A program made the translations under genes and the position numbers. The notes under the pieces are model-generated. The model was not told the DNA's origin. It ran no database searches and was given only the letters and a program-made list of their open reading frames with translations. Positions 41,266 through 49,883 of a stretch of DNA of 64,000 bases are shown one piece after another (within the stretch, counting starts at the first letter, position 1; each line of letters begins with the position of its first letter). The DNA comes from Nitrospinaceae bacterium. Lineage in GTDB: Bacteria; Nitrospinota; Nitrospinia; Nitrospinales; JACRGP01. Where the stretch lies: NCBI GenBank assembly GCA_029261575.1, contig JAJDBD010000049.1, forward strand, positions 6,549 through 70,548, in the 5' to 3' direction.

Positions 41266-42621
41266 ATGATTTATTTAAATATTGAGCCAGACCAACCCCG
41301 GCGTTGGTTTATTGCAACGCTATTCGCAATCCTGATTTTAAGCGCTGCGGGGACCGCCGCCTCCAACGAGCATTACCAGAAAGGCCTGAGCCTGAGCCAA
41401 CAAGCGCTTTGGGCCGACGCCGCAAAGGAATTTGAAATCGCCGTCCGCGAAGAACCCGGCGCCCCCCTGAACTGGGCCAACCTGGGCGTCGCCTACGGCG
41501 GTATGGACCAACATAAAAAGGCCTTGCTGGCCTATGACAAGGCGCAGACCCTGGGTTACGACAACGTTTTTTTCCGTTTCAACCGAGGCGTTTCTTTCCT
41601 CCACCTCAATTTACTTGACGAGGCCGAAGATGAAATGAACAAGGCGCTGAAGCTGGACCCTCGATTTTCAAAAGCGACTTACAAACTGGGCCTGATTTAC
41701 AACCGCCGCGGCGAGCACAAAAAGGCCGACGAACAGGTCGACAAACTTTATTATAAAAGCGGCAAACTGGCAAAGAAACTTTTCAGCGAAATTTCCCCGT
41801 CTTACAAAACGGCGGCCGTGGACCAGGGCGGAAAACTTACCGGCCGCGTCGCTCTCTCCGGCGAAAGACCCAAAGCGCGATCTTTCCATCTGATCCACGC
41901 TCCAAACATCGAGTTTTGTTCGCGCATCTCGGACGGCAGGGGACATCGCCTCCTTTTCGATTTTACCGTTTCGGAAAATAACGATTTAAAAGACGCCGTC
42001 GTCGTCATCCTGGGCGTCAGGAAGGGCAAGCCTTTCCCTCAGTCCGGAGCCATGCAAAGTTTCAATATCCGGCGGTGCCATTCAGACAAATACGTGATCG
42101 GCGTCAACCGCGGGGAGAATATTCTCCTGGAAAATTTTGATCCCATACGCCATGAAATTGCCACTTATGAATTTCAAAATCCCCGAGTTCGCCAAAAATC
42201 CAACAAGCCGATGTTGGCCAACTCCTCGCAGGTACGGTCCGCGTTTATCCATTCCGATACCCGCGAATTTTTAATCAAATGCAACCTCCACCCCTTTTTG
42301 CAAACCCGCGCGCTGGTGGTTGAAAATCCGTATTACGCCATCACCGACGCCCAGGGCAGGTTCAGCATCGACGGCGTTCCGCCCGGAACCTACGAGGTTA
42401 TGGCATGGCATCCTTTCATTCCCGCTAAGAAAGGAACGGCGACCATAGCTTCCAATGGCGAAACGAAAATCGATTTTGAATTTGAATCCAAAGATATCCG
42501 CAGAAAATTGTATCAGGACGATCTGGAGGGTTACCGCTTCCAACCCTGGTTCGACAGTTTTGAAAAGTTTTACGGAGGCCCCAGAGTAGACGACAAAGTG
42601 GAAGTTTTACAAAAATTCTAG
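41266..42621 (+). CDS. Secreted TPR + cupredoxin-like + Ig-like beta-sandwich protein (paralog of 56640..57503)
   Basis: Signal peptide RRWFIATLFAILILSAAGTAAS, then TPR units, then a cupredoxin-like segment with H316 and C-N-L-H-P-F-L (nt 42280-42300), then NPYYAITDAQGRFSIDGVPPGTYEVMAWH. The track ORF starts at TTG 41206, which coincides with a TTGACA promoter box, so the ATG at 41266 is preferred. Confidence 0.6.
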   Translation: MIYLNIEPDQPRRWFIATLFAILILSAAGTAASNEHYQKGLSLSQQALWADAAKEFEIAVREEPGAPLNWANLGVAYGGMDQHKKALLAYDKAQTLGYDNVFFRFNRGVSFLHLNLLDEAEDEMNKALKLDPRFSKATYKLGLIYNRRGEHKKADEQVDKLYYKSGKLAKKLFSEISPSYKTAAVDQGGKLTGRVALSGERPKARSFHLIHAPNIEFCSRISDGRGHRLLFDFTVSENNDLKDAVVVILGVRKGKPFPQSGAMQSFNIRRCHSDKYVIGVNRGENILLENFDPIRHEIATYEFQNPRVRQKSNKPMLANSSQVRSAFIHSDTREFLIKCNLHPFLQTRALVVENPYYAITDAQGRFSIDGVPPGTYEVMAWHPFIPAKKGTATIASNGETKIDFEFESKDIRRKLYQDDLEGYRFQPWFDSFEKFYGGPRVDDKVEVLQKF

Positions 42622-42627
42622 GCGCCG

Positions 42628-43257
42628 TCATTCAGAAATTAAAATCACCGTTCCCTGCATGCTTTCCTCGCGCTTCAAATCCGCTACGGCTTTTTGGGCC
42701 GATTCGTAATCTCCGAATTTCCCCATAAAGACCCGGTGAGACGGCTTCCCGTCGCCGGGAGACTCCGAGGTGGCCACAAAAGCCGAATAGCCTTTTTTCA
42801 ATAAATAATGTTCCAGGTTTCCCGCTCCGGCAAGATCCTTAAATGAATCCACTTGCACCGTATAAATCCTTTTTTCCGCCGTCTGATGCTGGGCCGCAGA
42901 GGAAAGAGCTATTTTTTTCCCATCGCTTTTCTCCGCTCCTGCCGGGCGTTCCGCTTTGGAATTTCCCGGCGCCGCGGAATTTTTAATTTTTAATTCCACG
43001 ATCGTTTCCATCTGTGGATCGTTTAAAACCTCAAAAAAAGTATACTTCTCCCTGGGCTGAGAGATAGGCTCCTCGTTCCTGGAATTTTTCCGCAGGAGGT
43101 TTTCCGGTTTTTTAACGGCTTGCTTTTTTATTATTTCGGATGAATTTTTGCCGCTGTTGAAAAACGAACGCGGTCCGTTCTCCCCTAAATAAAACCCCGC
43201 CGCCCCGACCGCCGCCAGCAACGAAAAAATCAAACTGATTTTGGAAAATCGTTTCAA
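42628..43257 (-). CDS. SPOR domain-containing protein
   Basis: 209 aa. N-terminal TM anchor, low-complexity linker and C-terminal SPOR fold IYTVQVDSFKDLAGAGNLEHYLLKKGYSAFV...HRVFMGKFGDYESAQKAVADLK. Confidence 0.75.
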   Translation of the reverse strand: MKRFSKISLIFSLLAAVGAAGFYLGENGPRSFFNSGKNSSEIIKKQAVKKPENLLRKNSRNEEPISQPREKYTFFEVLNDPQMETIVELKIKNSAAPGNSKAERPAGAEKSDGKKIALSSAAQHQTAEKRIYTVQVDSFKDLAGAGNLEHYLLKKGYSAFVATSESPGDGKPSHRVFMGKFGDYESAQKAVADLKREESMQGTVILISE

Positions 43258-43329
43258 AGCGGAAGGCTCGAAATAAAACCGCTACATCATGGAAAGGCAA
43301 GCGGGCCAATCAGGCCCGGTTGTTTTGGC

Positions 43330-44994
43330 CTACATTTTTTCCGGGGTCGACACGCCAAGCAGGCCCAATCCGCTACGAATCGTCGTGCGCAAACAATTCA
43401 CCAGAAAAAGCCGCGCCAAGGTCAATTCCCTATCGTCGGTCACGATTCGGTGTTTATTGTAATAGCTATGAAACTGGCCGACAAGCTCCTGAAGGTAATG
43501 CGATACCCTGTGGACTTCCAACGCCTGAGCGCTTTTCTGGATCGTCTCCGGATACGCAAGAATCTTTTTGACGAGGTCCAACTCCTCGTTTTCTTTTATG
43601 AGGGACAATTCAATTTTAGAAACCTCCGGAAGGGCGAACCCCTGCTCCTCCGCCGTCCGGAAGATGCTGCAGATTCTGGCGTGGGCGTACTGAATGTAGA
43701 ACACCGGGTTTTCGGGGGTCTCCTTTTTGGCCAGGTCCAAATCAAAATCCAGATGGCTGTCGCTGCTCCTCATTAAAAAGAAAAACCGCGTGGCGTCCAC
43801 TCCCACTTCGCGCACCACTTCGTCCAGAGTGATGAATTCCCCGGAGCGGGTGGACATTGCAACCTTTTCGCCGCCTCTTTTCAAAGCCACGAACTGCACC
43901 AAAAGGGTATGGAAATTTTCCAGATCGAATCCCAGCGTTTCCACCACGGCCTGCATGCGGGCCACATAACCGTGGTGATCGGCTCCCCAGATATTTATGA
44001 TCTTGTCAAACCCGCGCCTGATTTTATTTTGATGATAGGCGATGTCGGAGCAAAAGTACGTTCTCTCTCCCGATTTTTTGACAACCACCCGGTCCTTTTC
44101 ATCGCTGAAGTCCGCGGTCTTGAGCCAAACGGCGCCGTCCTTTTCGTAAACGTAACCTTTGTCTTTTAACCCGTCAATGATACGACTCACCGAGTCGCCT
44201 TCATAAAGGCTCTGCTCCATGAACCAGGAGTCGAACTCAACATGAAACGCGCCAAGATGTTCTTTAATTCCGTTCAATATGAACCGCCCGGAAAATTCGC
44301 GAAAATACGGCAACACCTCCTCTTCCGCCTGATCCAGAAGCGAGTCGCCTTTTTCTTCCTGAACCGAACGGGCCACGTCTTTTATATATTCCCCCTGATA
44401 ATGATCGTCGGGAAAGTCGATGTTTCTTCCATACAATTCCTGATAGCGCAACCAGGTGGAGCGTCCCAGCGTGTTCATCTGGTTGCCAACGTCGTTGACG
44501 TAATACTCCTTGAACACCTCGTACCCAGCTTTTTTTAACAGGGCGCCCAGCATATCGCCTACGGCGGCGCCTCTACCATGGCCGACGTGTAGCGGTCCGG
44601 TGGGGTTGGCGCTGACAAACTCCAGCAAAACTTTTTGATTCTGTCCAAGCGAGCTATCCCCGAAACTCAATCCCCTTTCCGCTACTTCGGGCAACCCCCG
44701 CAGGTAAAACGACGGGGCCATTTTCAAATTGATGAATCCCGGACCGGCGATCTCCACCCCGGCCAAATCACCCTCGGCGGTTTTTAAATGTCCGGCAATC
44801 GCCTCTGCTATTGTCCTGGGATTTTTCTTTTCAATTTTGGCCAGGACCATGGCGATGGTCGTGGAAAAATCCCCCATTTTTTTATCCTTGGGTTCTTCAA
44901 CAACGATGTCGGGAAGGCCGTTCAAATTGAGTTCACCCGCTTCCCGGGCCTTTTCCAAAGCGTCGGCGATTAATTTCCGAATGGTTTGTTTCAT
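43330..44994 (-). CDS. argS: Arginine--tRNA ligase
   Basis: 554 aa. Class I HIGH motif SANPTGPLHVGHGRGA, the MSTRSG (KMSK-equivalent) loop and a DALR anticodon-binding C-terminus. Confidence 0.96.
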   Translation of the reverse strand: MKQTIRKLIADALEKAREAGELNLNGLPDIVVEEPKDKKMGDFSTTIAMVLAKIEKKNPRTIAEAIAGHLKTAEGDLAGVEIAGPGFINLKMAPSFYLRGLPEVAERGLSFGDSSLGQNQKVLLEFVSANPTGPLHVGHGRGAAVGDMLGALLKKAGYEVFKEYYVNDVGNQMNTLGRSTWLRYQELYGRNIDFPDDHYQGEYIKDVARSVQEEKGDSLLDQAEEEVLPYFREFSGRFILNGIKEHLGAFHVEFDSWFMEQSLYEGDSVSRIIDGLKDKGYVYEKDGAVWLKTADFSDEKDRVVVKKSGERTYFCSDIAYHQNKIRRGFDKIINIWGADHHGYVARMQAVVETLGFDLENFHTLLVQFVALKRGGEKVAMSTRSGEFITLDEVVREVGVDATRFFFLMRSSDSHLDFDLDLAKKETPENPVFYIQYAHARICSIFRTAEEQGFALPEVSKIELSLIKENEELDLVKKILAYPETIQKSAQALEVHRVSHYLQELVGQFHSYYNKHRIVTDDRELTLARLFLVNCLRTTIRSGLGLLGVSTPEKM

Positions 44995-45081
44995 ATAATT
45001 TTTTTGTCCATGGCCGGTCGGGCCGAATGCAAGATTAATTAAAATAAAAAGGCGGGCGGCGTTGGGGGATATTTAGATAAT

Positions 45082-45387
45082 TTATTTTTTTGAATAAATA
45101 GACTCTATTTCCGCTTCCATTTCCTTTTCCAACTTTTCCTTTTCATCCAAAAACACGGCCAACAGAATTTCCTTTTCGGCCTCCAGAGATTCGGGAGGAA
45201 CGCGGTCGGCAAGTTTTTTGATTTTATGTTGAACGGAAACGTCTTTATCCGCGATTCTAGCTTTGTAATCCTGGCGGATTTCGGCGATTTTCTTCTTTTG
45301 TGAATCCGTTAAATTGCGGTTCGCCTTGGAAACGACGTCCTTGGTTCTTTCCAAACTCAATTCCCAGGCGCTTTTTAATTCTGACAT
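45082..45387 (-). CDS. Hypothetical K/E-rich coiled-coil protein
   Basis: 101-aa ORF with a clean ATG. No motif recognised. Confidence 0.45.
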   Translation of the reverse strand: MSELKSAWELSLERTKDVVSKANRNLTDSQKKKIAEIRQDYKARIADKDVSVQHKIKKLADRVPPESLEAEKEILLAVFLDEKEKLEKEMEAEIESIYSKK

Positions 45388-45515
45388 TCCAGTCTCCTTA
45401 GATTAGCTTTCCATCGGGATTATAAACGTTTTTACCCGGATCGCTCAATTGTAAAAATAACGGAACCCTTTCCGATCAGGATTTTATTCGAGACCTCTGA
45501 TAATCGGGTATTTTC

Positions 45516-45584
45516 GCTTTTGGCAACTCGCTGCCCTTATTAATAAGGGCAAGCTCACGGCCAGGATCAATTTTAGAAGCTCCC
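45516..45584 (+). repeat. Intergenic repeat family 1, copy B (with 20-nt perfect palindrome)
   Basis: GCTTTTGGCAACTCGC + TGCCCTTATTAATAAGGGCA (palindrome 45532-45551) + AGCTCAC + GGCCAGGATCAATTTTAGAAGCTCCC. Confidence 0.6.
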
Positions 45585-45622
45585 TATTGTTTTGAAAAAC
45601 GGTCTTTGTTATTCTGAAGTTT

Positions 45623-46396
45623 ATGAGCGCCCAACACGCAAACACGGATCCCCTGGCCGAACTTGAAAATTATCTGCGGTTTCTTAAAGATTCGGGATAC
45701 ACGGAAATCCCATTGGAAGAGGATTTATCATCCCTGTCCCGGAGCGGCCCCGGATCCCCCGCCCCTTCAAATCTGGCGGTTTCATCCCACCCAGTGGAGG
45801 ATACCATGATAAAAGATCGTCGCGACGCGGACCCCGCCGGGCAATTGCAAATTGTCCGCGAGGAAATGGGGGACTGCACTCGATGCAAACTTTGCAAAGG
45901 GCGGACTCATATCGTGTTTGGATCGGGAAACCCCAAGGCCCGGCTCATGTTTGTGGGGGAAGGACCCGGAGCGGACGAGGACGAGCAGGGCCTCCCCTTT
46001 GTGGGACGGGCCGGGAAAAAGCTCACCGAAATCATTGAAAAAGGCATGGGGCTGAATCGCGAAAAGGACGTTTATATTTGCAATATCGTTAAATGTCGAC
46101 CGCCGGGCAACCGCGACCCGGAAGCGAAAGAAATTGAAGCCTGCAAACCTTTTTTGCTAAAACAGATTGAGGCCGTTCGGCCCAAAGTAATCGTCGCGCT
46201 GGGCCGACCCGCCGCCAGCGTCTTGTTGGACCGCAAGGTCGCCATCACCAAAGAGCGGGGAACCTGGCACGAATTTCACGGGAGCAAATTGATCCTCACA
46301 CTTCATCCCGCCTATTTGTTGCGGGCCTACACCCTCGAAAACCGGCAAGCCGTTTTCGACGACATGAAACAGGCGCTCATGGAATTGAACCAATGA
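45623..46396 (+). CDS. Uracil-DNA glycosylase, family 4 (Fe-S type)
   Basis: CTRCKLC cluster motif, family-4 motif [21 protein letters not shown] and motif B HPAYLLR. About 70-aa N-terminal extension. ATGA overlap with the next gene. Confidence 0.85.
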   Translation: MSAQHANTDPLAELENYLRFLKDSGYTEIPLEEDLSSLSRSGPGSPAPSNLAVSSHPVEDTMIKDRRDADPAGQLQIVREEMGDCTRCKLCKGRTHIVFGSGNPKARLMFVGEGPGADEDEQGLPFVGRAGKKLTEIIEKGMGLNREKDVYICNIVKCRPPGNRDPEAKEIEACKPFLLKQIEAVRPKVIVALGRPAASVLLDRKVAITKERGTWHEFHGSKLILTLHPAYLLRAYTLENRQAVFDDMKQALMELNQ

Positions 46397-47337
46397 ATCA
46401 GGCCAAAGAAGCCCTCGACCGATTACAAAATAATATCGGCCGGGTCATCCTTGGAAAATCGGAAACCATCCGCTTGTCCGTTATCGCCCTGCTCGCTCAA
46501 GGACATCTTTTGATCGAGGACGTGCCCGGGGTGGGCAAAACTTCCCTGGCGCGCGCTCTGGCGCAGTCCTTGAACCTCGACTTCCGACGGATTCAGTTCA
46601 CCAACGACATTCTGCCTTCGGACGTCACGGGAGTTTCCATCTTCAATCAGAAAGAAACGCGGTTCGAGTTCAAGCCCGGTCCCATTTTCGCCAACATTGT
46701 TTTAACGGACGAGATCAACCGCGCCACTCCGCGCACTCAAAGCGCCCTTCTGGAGGCGATGAACGAAAAACAGGTCACCGTGGACAACGCCACCTATCCC
46801 CTGGAAGATCCGTTCATGGTGATCGCCACTCAAAACCCCATCGAGAGCCACGGCGCCTACCCGCTTCCGGAATCGCAACTGGACCGGTTCATGATGTATG
46901 TTTCCATGGGTTATCCATCTTTGGAAGACGAAAAGCGATTATTGACCACTCATACCGTGGGCAACCGGGTCGATCAAATTTCACCGGTAATGGATAAAGG
47001 CCAGGTGATGGAACTGCAAAAGCAGGTGGAGGCGGTTCGAATGGAACCGATCATGGTGGATTATATTTTGAACATCATATCCGCTTCCAGAAATTCAAAA
47101 TACCTGTCGCTTGGAGTGAGTCCGCGCGGCGGACTCATTTTCCAACACGCGGCGCGCGCCTGCGCCCTGGTCGACGGCAGGGATTTCGTTATCCCCGACG
47201 ATATAAAAGAAATGTCCGGCCCCGTACTTTGCCACAGGGTGATTCCCGAGACCCGGCAAAGCGGGACCCAGCGGCGTTTCGGCGACTCTGCGGCCATCGT
47301 CAACGACATTGTCGAAAGCCTGGAAATCCCCGTCTGA
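46393..47337 (+). CDS. MoxR-family AAA+ ATPase
   Basis: 314 aa. Walker A LIEDVPGVGKT and Walker B/sensor region VLTDEINRATPRTQSALLEAM. Confidence 0.9.
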   Translation: MNQAKEALDRLQNNIGRVILGKSETIRLSVIALLAQGHLLIEDVPGVGKTSLARALAQSLNLDFRRIQFTNDILPSDVTGVSIFNQKETRFEFKPGPIFANIVLTDEINRATPRTQSALLEAMNEKQVTVDNATYPLEDPFMVIATQNPIESHGAYPLPESQLDRFMMYVSMGYPSLEDEKRLLTTHTVGNRVDQISPVMDKGQVMELQKQVEAVRMEPIMVDYILNIISASRNSKYLSLGVSPRGGLIFQHAARACALVDGRDFVIPDDIKEMSGPVLCHRVIPETRQSGTQRRFGDSAAIVNDIVESLEIPV

Positions 47338-47359
47338 TCAACTTCCGGAAGGGGTCGCC

Positions 47360-48382
47360 TTGGAAAACAAACTCAATTACAAACCCGTCTTCACCTTCGA
47401 CTATTACAATCGGAGCCTGGCGCTAACGCGCGAGGGGGCGGGTTTTATTATCCTGGTTTTCGGTATCGGGCTGGGAGCGATCAACACCGGAAACAATCTG
47501 CTCTATCTCATCCTCGCCATGTGCTGCAGTTTTATCGCGGTGTCCGGAACGCTCTCCGAATTGACCCTCAAGCAAATCCAGGCGAGCGCCGAAATCAGCA
47601 AGACCCTGTATTACGACGAGGCTTATCCATTACGTCTGAAAATTACCAACGAAAAAAAACGAGCGCCCTCTTTTTCTCTCAACTTTTCGCTACCGGGATC
47701 CACCGACCATCGCTACTTGGCCGACCGCAAGGCTTATTTGTTTCACCTGCCCGCCGGAAAAACCGTCGAGAAAAACCTTTTGCTGAAGGGAATCCGGCGC
47801 GGCCCGCTGGATATAGACGTGTGCCGGATAACCACCAGTTTTCCCTTCGGATTTTTCGTCAAAACCAGGGACGTTCCGATCCAAATCCATTCCATCGTCC
47901 TTCCCAAAATTGAAGACGTTGAACTCCCTCCAGCTTTCGGCGATTCCATCGAAGGCGAACACAACGTCCAGACCAGCGGCGACGAACTATTCTCCATTCG
48001 GGAGTTCCACCCCGGCGATCCGGTAAAGTCCATTCACTGGAAATCCACCGCCAGGACGGGAGTATTGAAGGTCAAGGAATTTTTAAGCGGCGGGAAGCGC
48101 AGTTACAATATATTTCTCAACTTGTACGACGCGGATACCGATCAAAGGACGTCGCAGGAAAAAATTGAAAAGCGTATCTCGGAGGCCGCCTCGTTGGTTT
48201 ATCATCTGATAAAACGCGGCGACGAAGCGGCGTTAAAAACTCCCGATTATCAATCCGCCAGCGACAATTCGGAAGCGCATCTCGAAGAGTTGCTTCGACG
48301 TCTGGCATTGATTGGATATGAAAAATCCGCCTCCCCGGAGGTTTCGGCCTCCCGGTTTGAACTCGAGCGGATAGAGAAATGA
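47360..48382 (+). CDS. DUF58 domain protein (MoxR partner, vWA-like)
   Basis: DUF58 signature REFHPGDPVKSIHWKSTARTGVLKVKEF and two N-terminal TM helices. The TTG at 47360 has GGAAGGGG 5 nt upstream. The track start TTG at 47309 overlaps moxR by 29 nt and lacks an SD. Confidence 0.75.
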   Translation: MENKLNYKPVFTFDYYNRSLALTREGAGFIILVFGIGLGAINTGNNLLYLILAMCCSFIAVSGTLSELTLKQIQASAEISKTLYYDEAYPLRLKITNEKKRAPSFSLNFSLPGSTDHRYLADRKAYLFHLPAGKTVEKNLLLKGIRRGPLDIDVCRITTSFPFGFFVKTRDVPIQIHSIVLPKIEDVELPPAFGDSIEGEHNVQTSGDELFSIREFHPGDPVKSIHWKSTARTGVLKVKEFLSGGKRSYNIFLNLYDADTDQRTSQEKIEKRISEAASLVYHLIKRGDEAALKTPDYQSASDNSEAHLEELLRRLALIGYEKSASPEVSASRFELERIEK

Positions 48383-48930
48383 GCGGGCGGCGAACCATGG
48401 TCGGCGTATTGGGTTCAGGATCCAATGCGTTCCCGCACCTAAGCTTTCCATTAGGAAAATGGCTTGCGGCGCGCGGCTACGATCTGATAAACGGCGGAGG
48501 CGGCGGGGTGATGGCGGAAACCGCCCGGGGCTTTGCTTCCGTAATCGACCGCACGGGTTTTGTTCTCGGAATTCTCCCCTCGCAAAATCCCTGCGACGAA
48601 CCGGCGCTAAGACGCGATTACCGTGCGCCTTCCAATTACCCCAACCCCTACGTTGATTTTTGCATTCGCACCCACCTCAACTTGTCCGGCGAGCGAGGAA
48701 TGGACCCGGCCAGCCGAAACCACATCATCGTTCTTACGGCGGACATATTGATCGCCCTGCCGGGAAGCGCGGGAACGCGATCGGAAATAAAGCTCGCGTT
48801 GGATTATGGAAAACCTCTGGGCATTCTCAACGTGGACGGGGCGTGGAACGAGTTTTCATCGTCAAACGCGACAATGGCAAATTCTCTGGAAGGGATTTTT
48901 GAATTCGTGCAGGCGCATACGAAAAATTAA
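48379..48930 (+). CDS. LOG / TIGR00725-like Rossmann-fold nucleotide-binding protein
   Basis: 183 aa. LOG-family motifs INGGGGGVMAETARG and ALPGSAGTRSEIKLAL (variant of PGGxGTxxE). ATGA overlap with the DUF58 gene. Confidence 0.65.
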   Translation: MSGRRTMVGVLGSGSNAFPHLSFPLGKWLAARGYDLINGGGGGVMAETARGFASVIDRTGFVLGILPSQNPCDEPALRRDYRAPSNYPNPYVDFCIRTHLNLSGERGMDPASRNHIIVLTADILIALPGSAGTRSEIKLALDYGKPLGILNVDGAWNEFSSSNATMANSLEGIFEFVQAHTKN

Positions 48931-48946
48931 ACCGCGACCGCTAGTT

Positions 48947-49083
48947 GCTGAAAAACTCTCAAAATCGTCATTGCGAGCGGAGCGAAGCGCTCCAGGAAGC
49001 TGGATCGCCGCGCCGCCACAGGGCGGCTCGCGATGACATTCAGAGTGAAGGACTCAGGATGACATGCAAAATAGTTTTTCAGC
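48947..49083. repeat. 137-bp nested palindromic element between convergent operons
   Basis: Outer 11-bp arms GCTGAAAAACT (48947-57) / AGTTTTTCAGC (49073-83). Inner 12-bp arms GTCATTGCGAGC (48967-78) / GCTCGCGATGAC (49026-37, one T:G position). Two internal hairpins at 48979-48993 and 49012-49027. Confidence 0.6.
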
Positions 49084-49089
49084 GCCCTG

Positions 49090-49875
49090 CTACCGTTTCA
49101 AAATGCTCTGAGAAAAATATTTGGCGGGAATCTCGGCGTCAAATTCGATTGAATCGTATTCGTAAGTGGTCTTGGTATTTTCCTTCAACAGATCGCGGAA
49201 GATCATTTTCTTGGGGAACAATCGGTCGCCGGTTGGCCGGTAATCCTTGAAATGTACGTTCTTTAACAGTTTGCCGCTTTTGGCGTACATTTCCTCCATC
49301 AACACAGTTTTCTTTTCGGGATCGATCCAAAGTTTCCGGCTCTGGTAGGTCGTGGTTTTATCGTTAGCGGTCAACAACAACACCACACAGGGCACGCCCT
49401 CGAACTCCTCGAATTTTTCAACAGAGGATTTATAGTTCCGGCTCAGCATTTTGTCCTCCATCATATCCTCGTAGGACAAATCGCTTCCCATCATGGATTG
49501 CCTCAGCATGTGACCGGCGATTAAAATTTTTCGGTCGGTGCGGGGAGTGTACATCCAGAGCTTGGAGCGGGCTTTAAGCATTTTGACGCCGCGCTCCCTG
49601 GGCGGGTTGAGATAAACGCTATAGGAACGCTCCACGCCCTCCATCCAGGTTTGCATCTGTAAAGTTCTTTCCCGCCGGCCATTGTCGACAATCAGGCGAC
49701 CTTCGATAATTTTTGTCTGCGACCACAAATTATCGTCCACGCGCCGCAACAATTCATCCGGGTCGATATCCTGCGCGAATGCGCCCTGCCCAAATGCGCC
49801 TAAAAGAACCAGGGCAAAAATCGCGAAGAAACTTTTAACTTCTCCGCTGGTTGAGCGAGGGTTGGAAAATTTCAT
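49090..49875 (-). CDS. LolA-like outer-membrane lipoprotein-sorting family protein
   Basis: 261 aa with a signal peptide. Layout and motifs (RTLQMQTWMEG...YLNPPRERGVKMLK...LWMYTPRTDRKILI) are typical of LolA_like proteins that accompany FtsX-type ABC permeases. Confidence 0.6.
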   Translation of the reverse strand: MKFSNPRSTSGEVKSFFAIFALVLLGAFGQGAFAQDIDPDELLRRVDDNLWSQTKIIEGRLIVDNGRRERTLQMQTWMEGVERSYSVYLNPPRERGVKMLKARSKLWMYTPRTDRKILIAGHMLRQSMMGSDLSYEDMMEDKMLSRNYKSSVEKFEEFEGVPCVVLLLTANDKTTTYQSRKLWIDPEKKTVLMEEMYAKSGKLLKNVHFKDYRPTGDRLFPKKMIFRDLLKENTKTTYEYDSIEFDAEIPAKYFSQSILKR

Positions 49876-49883
49876 TGAGTCCT

